DNA of 64,000 bases from Terracoccus sp. (GTDB lineage: Bacteria; Actinomycetota; Actinomycetes; Actinomycetales; Dermatophilaceae): NCBI GenBank assembly GCA_039928615.1, contig JBDSSS010000044.1, forward strand, positions 3,695-67,694. Direction: 5' to 3'. The notes below the pieces were generated by a model. That model worked only from the letters and a program-made list of their open reading frames with translations, was not told where the DNA came from and did no database searches. The position numbers and the translations under genes were made by a program. Below, piece by piece: positions 35,469-44,925 of this stretch. How positions within the stretch are numbered: position 1 is the stretch's first letter; every line of letters begins with the position of its first letter.

Positions 35469-37015
35469 CGAACGCTGCCCCCTCCCCGGCCGCCGAACCC
35501 TCCGTCATCGACGGCGCTGTCACCGCCGACACCGCCGACACCTCTGTCACCGACCACGAGCGAGCGACAGCAGGGTCGACTCCGGTGGCCGCGGAGCCGT
35601 CAACCCCGCCCGGGCACCGTTCGGCCATCCCGATCGCGCTCCGGCAGTCGCTCCCGGGAGTCGTGGCCGCCGTCTTCGTGGTCTCGGCCGCCAAGTCCGT
35701 CGGGGACCCGGACACCTTCTGGCACATCGCCGCGGGTGACCGTCTGCGGGAGACCTGGGTCTTCACCGGCCCGGACCCGTGGAGCACGATGTCGAGCCAG
35801 CCGTGGCGCCTGCACGAGTGGCTGCCCGAGCTCGTGATGAGCGTGATGCGGCAGGCGCTGGGCCTGCCCGGGGTGTCCTGGCTGCTGCCCCTCGCCGCTG
35901 CAGGGTTCGCCGTCGCCGCGTGGCGCGCGGTGCGCAGCGAGGCGTCGCTGCTCATCGCCTCGATCGTCATGGCCCTCACCATGACCTCCCTCACGATCAG
36001 CCTGTCGCTGCGACCCCAGATGGTGACCTTCACGCTCGCTGTCGTCACCACGCACGCCTGGCTCGGGACCGCGCGGGACGGGCGGGCCCGGTGGTGGCTC
36101 ATCCCGCTGACGTGGCTGTGGGCGTGCAGCCACGGCATGTGGTTCGTCGGTCCGGCCGTGGGCGCCGTGGCGCTGCTCGGCATCCTGCTCGACGGGCGGG
36201 TGCGCGGACGGGCCTGGCTGCGGCTCGTCGGCGTCCCGGTCGGCTCGGTCGTGGCGGCAGCGCTGACCCCGGTCGGGCCCGGGCTGCTCCTCTCACCCGC
36301 GGCGGTGCGGGAGACGACGCAGTTCATCGAGGAGTGGCGCTCCCCCGCGCTCACCGATGCCAGCTTCGTCGCGTTCCTCGTGCTGGCCGGAGCGACGCTG
36401 CTCGTGTGGAGCCGGGGCCGCTACCGTCCCAGCTGGACCAGCCTGCTGCTGCTGGCCACCGCCACGGGCTTCGCACTGGTCTATGCGCGGACCATCCCGG
36501 TGGGGGCGGCTGTGCTGGCCCCCGTCGCCGCGGCGGCCCTGCAGGCGTCCTCCGGTCTGGCCCGCGAACCGGTCCGGCGTGCCGAGGTGGCCCTCACGCT
36601 GGGCCTGACCATCGTCGGGCTCGTCATCGCCGCAGCCCTCGCCCCCTCGCGCGGCGCCCTCCCCGCCTGGGGGCCCAACGACCTCGACCCGGCGATCGCC
36701 GCCCTGCCGGCGGACACCGTCGTCTGCAACGACTACGGATCGGGCGGATGGCTGATCTACAGCCACCCCAACGTGCGGCCGGCCATCGACGGGCGGATCG
36801 AGGTCTACGCCGTCGACTACGTCCGGGCCTACCAGGCGTTCGAGACGGCGTCACCGGGCTGGCAGTCCTACCTCGCGCGCACGTCCTGCCACTGGGCGCT
36901 GCTGCCCACGGACCTGCCGGTCACCGAGGCCCTGACGGCCCAGGCCGGCTGGGAGGTCGCCGACAGGGGCGCCGACCACGTCCTGCTCCGCGCACCCGAC
37001 TCGAGCCCCCGCTGA
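35465..37015 (+). CDS. Large polytopic membrane protein with a C-terminal extracytoplasmic domain (glycosyltransferase-C-like architecture, unknown function)
   Basis: About 11 hydrophobic helices are followed by a soluble C-terminal region of about 130 aa (…VVCNDYGSGGWLIYSHPNVRPAIDGRIEVY…). The first in-frame start after the AT-rich leader is the GTG at 35465. Confidence 0.6.
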   Translation: MTNAAPSPAAEPSVIDGAVTADTADTSVTDHERATAGSTPVAAEPSTPPGHRSAIPIALRQSLPGVVAAVFVVSAAKSVGDPDTFWHIAAGDRLRETWVFTGPDPWSTMSSQPWRLHEWLPELVMSVMRQALGLPGVSWLLPLAAAGFAVAAWRAVRSEASLLIASIVMALTMTSLTISLSLRPQMVTFTLAVVTTHAWLGTARDGRARWWLIPLTWLWACSHGMWFVGPAVGAVALLGILLDGRVRGRAWLRLVGVPVGSVVAAALTPVGPGLLLSPAAVRETTQFIEEWRSPALTDASFVAFLVLAGATLLVWSRGRYRPSWTSLLLLATATGFALVYARTIPVGAAVLAPVAAAALQASSGLAREPVRRAEVALTLGLTIVGLVIAAALAPSRGALPAWGPNDLDPAIAALPADTVVCNDYGSGGWLIYSHPNVRPAIDGRIEVYAVDYVRAYQAFETASPGWQSYLARTSCHWALLPTDLPVTEALTAQAGWEVADRGADHVLLRAPDSSPR

Positions 37016-37020
37016 GGTGG

Positions 37021-37086
37021 CTGTCCGGGCTCACCCCGGACAGAGGTATACCGCCCTCCCGTGGTCGGAAGGGCGGCATACCTCAG
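37021..37086. terminator. Two adjacent hairpins between convergent genes (CTGTCCGGG-ctcac-CCCGGACAG; GAGGTATACCGCCCTCC...GAAGGGCGGCATACCTC)
   Basis: The first has a 9-bp perfect stem. The second pairs 15 of 17 bp. They lie between the stop at 37015 (+) and the ahcY stop at 37117 (-). Confidence 0.55.
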
Positions 37087-37116
37087 GCTCTGGCGGGCCG
37101 AACGGTCCGCGGTCGC

Positions 37117-38568
37117 TCAGTAGCGGTAGTGCTCCGGCTTGTACGGGCCGGCGACGTCGACGCCGAGGTACTCGGCCTGGCCCTTGCTCAGCTCGGTGAG
37201 CCGGACGCCGAGGGCGTCGAGGTGCAGACGCGCGACCTTCTCGTCGAGGTGCTTCGGCAGGGTGTACACCTGCGTGTCGTAGTCACCGGTCTTGGTGAAG
37301 AGCTCGATCTGGGCGATCGTCTGGTTGGAGAAGCTGTTGCTCATCACGAAGCTCGGGTGACCCGTCGCGTTGCCGAGGTTCATCAGCCGGCCCTCGGAGA
37401 GCACGATGATGCTGCTGCCCGACTCGAAGGTCCACTCGTGGACCTGCGGCTTGATCTCGGTCTTCGTGATACCGGGAGTCCGGCCGAGGCCAGCCATGTC
37501 GATCTCGTTGTCGAAGTGGCCGATGTTGGCGACGATGGCCTTGTTCTTCATCCGCGCCATGTGCTCGGCGGTGATGACGTCGTAGCAGCCGGTCGTCGTG
37601 ACGAAGATGTCGGCTGTCTCGACGACGTCCTCCATCGTGGCGACCTGGTAGCCCTCCATCGCGGCCTGCAGGGCGCAGATCGGGTCGATCTCGGTGACGA
37701 TGACCCGGGCGCCCTGGCCACGAAGGGCCTCGGCGCAGCCCTTGCCGACGTCGCCGAAACCGGCGACGACGGTGACCTTGCCACCGATGAGCACGTCGGT
37801 GGCCCGGTTGAGCCCGTCGATGAGCGAGTGGCGGGTGCCGTAGGTGTTGTCGAACTTGCTCTTGGTCACCGCGTCGTTGACGTTGATCGCGGGGAAGAGC
37901 AGCTCGCCGGCCTCGGCGAGCTGGTACAGCCGGTGGACACCGGTCGTGGTCTCCTCGGTGACGCCCTTGATGCCGCCGGCGACCGTCGTCCACTTCTGCG
38001 GCTGTGCGCCGAGACCCGAGCGGACGAGCTCCTTGAAGACGCTGAACTCCTCGGAGTCCTCCTCGGTCGTCGGCGGCACCTGGCCGGCCTTCTCCCACTC
38101 GCGCCCCTTGTGGACGAGCATCGTGGCGTCGCCACCGTCGTCGAGGATCATGTTGGGACCGCGGACTTCGCCGTCGGCCCCGGCCGGCCAGGTGAGGATC
38201 TGGTCGGTGCACCACCAGTACTCCGGCAGCGTCTCGCCCTTCCAGGCGAAGACCGGCACGCCCTGGAGGTCGTCGGCCGAGCCCTCGGGGCCGACGACGA
38301 CGGCGGCAGCGGCCTCGTCCTGGGTCGAGTAGATGTTGCAGGAGGCCCAGCGGACCTCGGCACCGAGCGCGGTGAGCGTCTCGATGAGCACGGCGGTCTG
38401 GACCGTCATGTGGAGCGACCCGGCGATGCGTGCGCCCTTGAGCGGCTGGCTCGCGGCGAACTCCTCGCGGATCGACATCAGGCCGGGCATCTCGTGCTCG
38501 GCAAGTCGGAGCTGGTGACGGCCGGCCTCGGCGAGGCTCAGGTCGGCCACCTTGTAGTCAAAGGACAT
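37117..38568 (-). CDS. ahcY: Adenosylhomocysteinase
   Basis: The translation [31 protein letters not shown]...[15 protein letters not shown]...[10 protein letters not shown]...YRY identifies the enzyme. Confidence 0.95.
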   Translation of the reverse strand: MSFDYKVADLSLAEAGRHQLRLAEHEMPGLMSIREEFAASQPLKGARIAGSLHMTVQTAVLIETLTALGAEVRWASCNIYSTQDEAAAAVVVGPEGSADDLQGVPVFAWKGETLPEYWWCTDQILTWPAGADGEVRGPNMILDDGGDATMLVHKGREWEKAGQVPPTTEEDSEEFSVFKELVRSGLGAQPQKWTTVAGGIKGVTEETTTGVHRLYQLAEAGELLFPAINVNDAVTKSKFDNTYGTRHSLIDGLNRATDVLIGGKVTVVAGFGDVGKGCAEALRGQGARVIVTEIDPICALQAAMEGYQVATMEDVVETADIFVTTTGCYDVITAEHMARMKNKAIVANIGHFDNEIDMAGLGRTPGITKTEIKPQVHEWTFESGSSIIVLSEGRLMNLGNATGHPSFVMSNSFSNQTIAQIELFTKTGDYDTQVYTLPKHLDEKVARLHLDALGVRLTELSKGQAEYLGVDVAGPYKPEHYRY

Positions 38569-38654
38569 GAGTCATCTCTTCCGTTGATTCCTGGGGTGTG
38601 CAGACCCGGCGCGCCCCTCTGGGCAGTTGTTGGGTCATCACCCACGCCGGCAGT

Positions 38655-38676
38655 CCCCCAGTCTAGCGACTGGGGG
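38655..38676 (-). terminator. Hairpin CCCCCAGTC-tagc-GACTGGGGG downstream of the CDF transporter gene
   Basis: A 9-bp perfect stem 25 nt after the stop at 38701. Confidence 0.5.
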
Positions 38677-38700
38677 CGGCGGTCTCGAACCGGCGTCGAC

Positions 38701-39648
38701 TCAGCCCGTGACGCTCCGGTCGAGGTCGGGCTCGACATACATGACGAGCTGGAGCTCGGGCACGGCCGCGCGGGCCGCCCGCTCGGCCGCGTCGATCGCC
38801 TCGGCGACGTCGTCGGCGTGGTCGGTGCGGGTCACCGCGATCTTGACGCCGACGAGCACCTCCTCCGGACCGAGGTGGAGGGTCTTCATGTGGATCAGCC
38901 GGTCGACCCCGTCGGTGCCGCTGATCGCCGCGGCGAGGGCCCGCTGGTGCTCGGGCGTCGCGGACTCACCGACGAGCAACGACTTCATCTCGATGGCGAG
39001 GGTGACCGCGACCGCGACGAGGAGCAGCCCGATCATCGCCGTGCCGACCACGTCCCAGTAGCCGTTCTCGGTGAGCAGGGTCAGCCCGACGCCGAGCAGG
39101 GCGAAGACGAGACCGATCAGCGCCGCGAAGTCCTCGAGCAGGATGACCGGCAGCTCCGGGGCCTTGGCCCGCCGGATGAACTCCGGCCAGGACCGCGAGC
39201 CTCGTGAGTGGTTGCTCTCGCGGACCGCGGTGCGGAAGGAGAACCCCTCCATGACGATGGCGGCGAGCAGGACCACGATCGGGACCCACCACCACCGGCT
39301 GTCGAGCAGCTGGTTGGGCACGCCCGAATGGGTCTCCTCGTACTTGTGGTACGCCTCGTAGAGGGCGAAGAGGCCACCGATGCTGAACAGGACGATCGAG
39401 ACGACGAAGGCGTAGACGTAGCGCTCTCGGCCGAAGCCGAACGGGTGCTCCGGGGTGGCCTCCCGCTTGGCCTTCTTGCTCCCGAGCAGCAGCAGGCCCT
39501 GGTTGCCGGAGTCGGCCACCGAGTGCACCGCCTCGGCAAGCATCGAGCTGGCCCCGGTCAGCAGGAACGCGATGAACTTCGTGACCGCGATCCCGGAGTT
39601 GGCCAGCAGCGCGGCCATGACGGCCTTGTTTCCACCCTCGGTTGACAT
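38701..39648 (-). CDS. Cation diffusion facilitator (CDF) family metal efflux transporter
   Basis: Six TM helices are present, with the HSVADSGNQ motif in TM2, a second TM with D/H residues, and a C-terminal cytoplasmic domain (HMKTLHLGPEEVLVGVKIAV). Confidence 0.87.
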   Translation of the reverse strand: MSTEGGNKAVMAALLANSGIAVTKFIAFLLTGASSMLAEAVHSVADSGNQGLLLLGSKKAKREATPEHPFGFGRERYVYAFVVSIVLFSIGGLFALYEAYHKYEETHSGVPNQLLDSRWWWVPIVVLLAAIVMEGFSFRTAVRESNHSRGSRSWPEFIRRAKAPELPVILLEDFAALIGLVFALLGVGLTLLTENGYWDVVGTAMIGLLLVAVAVTLAIEMKSLLVGESATPEHQRALAAAISGTDGVDRLIHMKTLHLGPEEVLVGVKIAVTRTDHADDVAEAIDAAERAARAAVPELQLVMYVEPDLDRSVTG

Positions 39649-39708
39649 GGCGACCAGCCTAGGGGCACCCAGCCACCGTTCAGGAACGGGCCTCGCCGGG
39701 CCCGCCCC

Positions 39709-41103
39709 TCAGTCCTCGTCGGTGTCGAGCTCGAGCCCGAGCAGCGCGTTCTCGACCACCTCGGCGAGCGCCGGGTGGATCCAGTACTGGCCCCGCGCCA
39801 CCAGCTGGGCGGGCGTGCCGAAGGCCATCGCCTGGATGAGCGGCTGGATCAGGGTCGTCGCGTGCGGGCCCATCAGGTGCGCACCGAGGAGCAGGCCGGT
39901 GGCGGGGTCGGCGATCACCTTGCAGACGCTCGTCGTGTCCTCCATCGCCCAGCCGTATGCCGTGTCGCCGTACGACTGGATCTTCGTCACGTGCCGCAGA
40001 CCCCGCGCCAGGCACTCCTGCTCGGTCAGGCCGACGCTCGCGACCTGGGGATGGCTGAAGATCCCCGAGGGCACGTGGTCGTGCGGGAAGCCACGCAGGT
40101 CCTCCGGGTGGACAAGGTTGTGGGCGACGGCCCGGGCCTCGGCGTTGGCGACGTGCTTGAGCTGGTGGGTCGAGCTGACGTCGCCGAGCGACCAGACCCC
40201 GTCGGCGGTGGTGCGCCCGAAGTCGTCGACGGCGACGCGACCATCGGGCTGGCAGCGCACCCCCGCGAGCTCGAGCCCGAGGTCGGTCGAGTTCGGGGTG
40301 CGCCCCGTCGCGACGAGGAGCAGGTCGGTCTCGAGCGAGCCGTCGGCGCCGAGGTCGAGGCGGGCCCCACCGTCGGTGCCGAGCGGCTCGAGCCCATGCA
40401 GCTCGACGCCGGTGCGGACGTCCCACCGGCCGCGTGCGATCGCGGTGAAACGGCGGGACAGGTCGTCGTCGAGCTGGCGGAGCAGCTGGGGTCCGCGCAC
40501 GAGGACGGTGACCTGCACGCCGAGGGAGGAGAAGACGTGCGCCATTTCGACCGCGATGTAACCGCCACCGACGATCGCCATCCGCTCGGGCAGGGCCTCG
40601 ATGCGCATCACCGTGTCGGACGTGTGGAAGGCCACGCCCGAGTCCCGGACGAGGTCGGGGACGTGCGGGTGCGCGCCCGTGGCGACGACGACCTGGTCTG
40701 CCGTCAGGGTTGCCGTGGTGCCGTCGTGGAGGTCGACCGTCAGCTCGCGCTCGCCGGTGAAGCGGGCCCGACCCAGGAGGGCCGTCGTGTTGGGACCGAC
40801 GATCCGCCAGTTCTTCCCACCCTCGGCGATGGGGTCGATCCGGGTGAAGACCCGGTCGCGGATGTCCTGCCAGCGCACGGCGTCGACGCGCCCGTCGACG
40901 CCGAAGCGCCCGGCGCCACGGATCGTGTCGGCCACCTCAGCGGCATACACGAACATCTTCGTCGGGATGCAGCCGACGTTGAGGCAGGTGCCGCCGAACA
41001 CCCCCGACTCGATGATCGCGACGCGCTTGTCGTCGAACTCCGGGGTCACGAGGGAGTTGCCCGATCCGGTGCCGATGATGGCGAGGTCGAAGTGCTCAGT
41101 CAC
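39709..41103 (-). CDS. mtr: Mycothione reductase-like pyridine nucleotide-disulfide oxidoreductase
   Basis: The translation VTEHFDLAIIGTGSGNSLVTPEFDDKRVAIIESGVFGGTCLNVGCIPTKMFVYAAEVA shows the redox CxxxxC and a GTGSGN N-terminus typical of Mtr rather than Lpd. Confidence 0.78.
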   Translation of the reverse strand: MTEHFDLAIIGTGSGNSLVTPEFDDKRVAIIESGVFGGTCLNVGCIPTKMFVYAAEVADTIRGAGRFGVDGRVDAVRWQDIRDRVFTRIDPIAEGGKNWRIVGPNTTALLGRARFTGERELTVDLHDGTTATLTADQVVVATGAHPHVPDLVRDSGVAFHTSDTVMRIEALPERMAIVGGGYIAVEMAHVFSSLGVQVTVLVRGPQLLRQLDDDLSRRFTAIARGRWDVRTGVELHGLEPLGTDGGARLDLGADGSLETDLLLVATGRTPNSTDLGLELAGVRCQPDGRVAVDDFGRTTADGVWSLGDVSSTHQLKHVANAEARAVAHNLVHPEDLRGFPHDHVPSGIFSHPQVASVGLTEQECLARGLRHVTKIQSYGDTAYGWAMEDTTSVCKVIADPATGLLLGAHLMGPHATTLIQPLIQAMAFGTPAQLVARGQYWIHPALAEVVENALLGLELDTDED

Positions 41104-41116
41104 ACGAGCACCCTAG

Positions 41117-42298
41117 TCACCGCGAGCGCGAGCCCCGGAGCAGCCGTACGTGCGGTGAGGTGGCCGGGTCGAATCCGTGGCCGATCGCGAGGTAGGTCGC
41201 GGCGAAGTCGGTGAGGGCGACGTGCCACGCGAGCCGCAGCAACGGGTCGGTGTCGAGGGCGTCGACGTGCGAGACCCGGACCCCGGCGTCGCGGGCGGCC
41301 TCCACGACGGTGTCCACGAGCTCGCGCTCGGGGTCGGCCCCGTCGGCCGCAGCACGACGGGGGGTGCGACGGTGCTCGCTGTCGCCCTCCCCCAGCATGA
41401 CGAGGCGCAGCGGTGGGGCCGTGGGGCCGTCGAGGAACGGGTCGGCGAAGAGATCGTCGCCACCGCCGTCTCCCCCCTCGCCGCCGGCCAGCGGACCGTC
41501 GAAGCACGCGACGATCTGGCTGGCCATGTCGGGGAGGGTCCCCGATGCCACGGGGACCCGCCCGGTGCGGCCGAACATCGCCGCGGCCCGCCGGGCGGCC
41601 ACGCCGCCGAAAGCCCCGACGCCGAGCACGATCGCGATGGACTCCGCCACCTCGGTGGCGAGGATCTTGGCCGGGTTGACGAACGACTCGGAGCCCGGTC
41701 GCGCGTCCTGCGCCCGCGCGTCGAGGACGTCGGCGATCCGGGCGAGGCAGTCGGCGCCGGTCCCGGCCAGCCCCAGCACCTCGGCGGCGAGGAGCACCGG
41801 CGTGGCCTGCGCCCACATCGAGGTGCGGGAGGTCGACCCGGGGGCCGAGACGGGCACGTGGACACCGCGCGCCCGGGCCGACACCTCGGCCAGCGGGGAG
41901 TCGGGCGCTCCGACGGTGAGCAGCATCGCGCCCCGCCGGGCCGCCTCGGCCGCGAGGTCGAGCGACTGCGACGCCCGGCCCGACTGCGAGACCGCGACGA
42001 CGAGGTCGAGAGACCCGACCCAACCCGGCAGGGGTCCCGAGCGGCAGCTCTCGACGGGGACGGCGCCGCTACCGCGGGTGGCCGCCTCGAAGAGGTCGGC
42101 GACAGCAGCCGACCCGCCCGTGGCCGCGACGACGACGCCACGAGGGTTGAGCCCGTCGAGGCGGTGCAGACCAGCGTCCTGCGCGGCGGCGGCCGTGCGG
42201 CGCACCTGGGCACCCGCACCGGCGAGGGCACGGAGGGTGTCGCCCCGGTCGAGCCGGGCGATCTGCTCCTCGTCGTCGAGCCGCGCCTCGTCGAACAT
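41117..42298 (-). CDS. SIS-domain protein (Rv3256c-like, phosphosugar isomerase family)
   Basis: Two SIS-like repeats are visible (GVVVAATGGSAAVADL, DLVVAVSQSGRASQS). It lies upstream of the Trm112-like and phosphomannomutase genes, as in Mtb. Confidence 0.72.
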   Translation of the reverse strand: MFDEARLDDEEQIARLDRGDTLRALAGAGAQVRRTAAAAQDAGLHRLDGLNPRGVVVAATGGSAAVADLFEAATRGSGAVPVESCRSGPLPGWVGSLDLVVAVSQSGRASQSLDLAAEAARRGAMLLTVGAPDSPLAEVSARARGVHVPVSAPGSTSRTSMWAQATPVLLAAEVLGLAGTGADCLARIADVLDARAQDARPGSESFVNPAKILATEVAESIAIVLGVGAFGGVAARRAAAMFGRTGRVPVASGTLPDMASQIVACFDGPLAGGEGGDGGGDDLFADPFLDGPTAPPLRLVMLGEGDSEHRRTPRRAAADGADPERELVDTVVEAARDAGVRVSHVDALDTDPLLRLAWHVALTDFAATYLAIGHGFDPATSPHVRLLRGSRSR

Positions 42299-42309
42299 CC
42301 CCGGGCCGG

Positions 42310-42528
42310 TCAGTCGCCGAGCGGGCGGGCGAGCTCGACGAGCAGGACCGGCACACCGTCATCGACGGTGTAGGCGAGCGAGCATGCGGGACAGTGCAGC
42401 TCGGCGCCGTCGCTGCCCCGCGAGTCGGTCAGCAGGCCGGTGCAACGTGGGCACCGGATGATGTCGCGGAGCCAGGGCTCGATGCCGCCTGCGGCACTTC
42501 CTGCGTGCTCGGTCGTGCTGTCGCTCAT
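42310..42528 (-). CDS. Trm112-family (DUF343) small zinc-ribbon protein
   Basis: The translation IRCPRCTGLLTD...LHCPACSLAYTVDDGVPVLL matches the family. Its start overlaps the upstream stop. Confidence 0.75.
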   Translation of the reverse strand: MSDSTTEHAGSAAGGIEPWLRDIIRCPRCTGLLTDSRGSDGAELHCPACSLAYTVDDGVPVLLVELARPLGD

Positions 42529-43961
42529 GACTCTCCTCCGTTGCTGCGGATCAGCGCGAGCAGCTCGTCACGGATCCGTTCCATGGTCTCACGATCGGCT
42601 GCCTCGACGTTGAGCCGGAGCAGGGGCTCGGTGTTGGACGCCCGGACGTTGAACCACCACGACGGCGCCTCCCCCGGGGTGGCGCTCACCGTGAGCCCGT
42701 CGAGCTCGTCGGTGCCGGCGGCGCGCTGCGTCGCCCACCCGCGGATCCGCTCGACCGCGGCCACCTGGTCGCCCACCGTGCTGTTGATCTCGCCCGAGGC
42801 CACGTAGCGCTCGAACTGGTCGGTGAGCGCCGTCAGCGGGCCGGGCTGCTCACCGAGGGCCGCGAGCACGTGCAGCGCGGCCAGCATGCCGGTGTCGGCG
42901 AACCAGAAGTCGCGGAAGTAGTAGTGCGCCGAGTGCTCACCGCCGAAGACGGCCCCGGACCGGGCCATCTCCCCCTTGATGAAGGAGTGGCCGACGCGAG
43001 TTCGCAGCGGGGTGGCGCCGTGCTCCCTGACGATCTCGGCGACGGCGGCACTGGAGATGACGTTGTGCACGATCGTCACGTCGGACTCCCCACCGGCCCG
43101 GGCCCGGGCGATCTCCCGGGTCGCCACGAGTCCGGTGATCGCCGAGGGAGAGACGGGCCGGCCGTCGGCGTCGACGACGAAGCACCGGTCGGCGTCGCCG
43201 TCGAAGGCGAGACCGAGGTCGGCGCCGTGCTCGACGACGGCGGCCTGGAGGTCGACGAGGTTGGCCGGGTCGAGCGGGTTGGCCTCGTGGTTGGGGAAGG
43301 TCCCGTCGAGCTCGAAGTAGAGCGGGATGACCGTGAGCGGCAGGGCGGGGAGGCCGGCGCCGGTCCCGAGCACGGCTGGCACGGTGTGGCCGCCCATCCC
43401 GTTGCCCGCGTCGACGACGACCGTCAGCGGCCGCGACCCGGAGATGTCGACGAGCCCGCGAAGGAAGGCGGCGTAGTCGGCGAGCACGTCCTGCTCGCGC
43501 AGGGCCCCCTGCGCCTCCCGCGGGTCCGGGAGGCTCGACCCGCTGTCGAGCAGCCACTGGGCCAGGTCCCGGATCTCGACGAGACCCGAGTCCTGGCCGA
43601 CGGGCCGGGCCGCGGACCGGCACAGCTTGATCCCGTTGTAGGCCGCTGGGTTGTGGCTCGCGGTGAACATCGCCCCGGGCAGGTCGAGAGCGCCGCTCGC
43701 GTAGTAGAGGCCGTCGGTGGAGCAGAGCCCGATGAGGGTGACGTCGACGCCGCGGGAGGTGACGCCGTCGGCGAAGGCACGGGAGAGGTCAGGGGAGCTC
43801 TGACGCATGTCGTGTCCGACGACCACGCCACGCTGGCCGTCGGGGATCACGACGACCTCGGCGAAGGCCGCACCGATCGCGCGCGCGACCTCGGGAGAGA
43901 GCTGCTCGGGGACGAGTCCCCGGACGTCGTAGGCCTTGATGAAGTCTGCGAGGGTCGGCAC
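42525..43961 (-). CDS. manB: Phosphomannomutase/phosphoglucomutase
   Basis: The active-site loop FTASHNPAAYNGIK and the Mg site FDGDADRCF are present, along with GEHSAHYYF. Confidence 0.9.
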   Translation of the reverse strand: MPTLADFIKAYDVRGLVPEQLSPEVARAIGAAFAEVVVIPDGQRGVVVGHDMRQSSPDLSRAFADGVTSRGVDVTLIGLCSTDGLYYASGALDLPGAMFTASHNPAAYNGIKLCRSAARPVGQDSGLVEIRDLAQWLLDSGSSLPDPREAQGALREQDVLADYAAFLRGLVDISGSRPLTVVVDAGNGMGGHTVPAVLGTGAGLPALPLTVIPLYFELDGTFPNHEANPLDPANLVDLQAAVVEHGADLGLAFDGDADRCFVVDADGRPVSPSAITGLVATREIARARAGGESDVTIVHNVISSAAVAEIVREHGATPLRTRVGHSFIKGEMARSGAVFGGEHSAHYYFRDFWFADTGMLAALHVLAALGEQPGPLTALTDQFERYVASGEINSTVGDQVAAVERIRGWATQRAAGTDELDGLTVSATPGEAPSWWFNVRASNTEPLLRLNVEAADRETMERIRDELLALIRSNGGES

Positions 43962-43978
43962 GGCGACGACTCTAGTGC

Positions 43979-44398
43979 TCAGCTGTCGCGCAGGATGCGC
44001 AGGTGACCGCGCCGACCCGCCTCGACGGCGCCCGAGCCGGCCTCGGTCGCGGCCTGGCTGCGGGCCGGGCCGCGCTCCACCGACGCCTCGGCCGCGCGGC
44101 TCTCCGCACCGGGGCGCGGCGTGCGGGGACGGCCGGCCTCACGCACGGCGTCGGCGAGGGCGAGCAGGTCGTCGCTGGCGAGGGCCGGCTCCGGATAGTC
44201 GCCGCCGAGGCGCACGACGTCCCAGCCCCGCGGCGCCGTCATCCGCTCGGCATGCTCGCGGCAGAGGTCGTAGGTGTGCGGCTCGGCGTACGTCGCGAGC
44301 GGGCCGAGCACGACGGCGCGGTCGGCGTAGGCGTAGGTGAGGGTCGCCACGGCCGGACGGGCGCACCCCGTCTTGGAACATCCTCGAGTCAGACCCAC
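43979..44398 (-). CDS. DUF3499-family protein (Rv3258c-like)
   Basis: The translation RGCSKTGCARPAVATLTYAYADRAVVLGPLATYAEPHTYDLCREHAERMTAPRGWDVVRL matches the family. The GTG at 44398 is preferred over the ATG at 44443. Confidence 0.68.
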   Translation of the reverse strand: MGLTRGCSKTGCARPAVATLTYAYADRAVVLGPLATYAEPHTYDLCREHAERMTAPRGWDVVRLGGDYPEPALASDDLLALADAVREAGRPRTPRPGAESRAAEASVERGPARSQAATEAGSGAVEAGRRGHLRILRDS

Positions 44399-44495
44399 GA
44401 TCGTCGACTCTAGTCGGGGTCGCGGGCGCCACCGAGCCACCACGCCGGGGCCGGGTGAGGCGCTCGGGGCGCGTGGCGAGAACTAGGCTGATGGG

Positions 44496-44918
44496 GTGAG
44501 CACTCGCCCCGACCCCTCGCGCCGACGGGACCGTCACGGTCGGGGCCACCGCGGCCCGGTGGCCTGGCCCCCCGTCCCGGTGATGACGAGCCGGAGGGAT
44601 GCTTTCGACGACTTCGTCCTCGACGCGGCCGCCCGGCTCGAGGCGACGTGCGGCCGGGCCTTCCCGGTCGTGGAGTTCGCCGTCGAGGACGTGCCCCGGG
44701 GTCCGGCCCCGTGGGACCACCACGAGGTCCCGCTCGGGCGGCTCTACCCCGCCTCCGGCGGCCAACCCGCCCGGATCGTCGTCTACCGCCGACCGGTCGA
44801 GACCCGGGTCACCGACACCCGTGAGAAGGCAGCCCTCGTCGCCGACATCGTCACCGAGCAGGTCGCCGGTCTGATGGGCGTCACCCCGGAGGAGCTCGAC
44901 CCCGGCTTCGGCGACTGA
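44496..44918 (+). CDS. Metallopeptidase-family (zincin-like, DUF1025/Rv3259-like) protein
   Basis: The translation RRDAFDDFVLDAAARLEATCGRAFPVVEFAVEDVP...IVVYRRPVETR... matches the family. It is divergent from the DUF3499 gene, as in Mtb. Confidence 0.65.
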   Translation: MSTRPDPSRRRDRHGRGHRGPVAWPPVPVMTSRRDAFDDFVLDAAARLEATCGRAFPVVEFAVEDVPRGPAPWDHHEVPLGRLYPASGGQPARIVVYRRPVETRVTDTREKAALVADIVTEQVAGLMGVTPEELDPGFGD

Positions 44919-44925
44919 CGAGCCG

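Noticed and set aside
38569-38654. Possible SAH riboswitch in the ahcY leader. Pieces such as AGAGGGGCGCGCC...CCCAGGAAUCAACGG resemble the SAH-riboswitch blocks GAGGGGCGCUGC / CAGGCUCGG / AACGGCGCUCAC.
   Set aside because: The 3' pseudoknot element (AACGGCGCUCAC) is not present; the sequence reads AACGGAAGAG. The helices do not pair convincingly by eye. An Infernal run with RF01057 would settle it, and I expect no hit.
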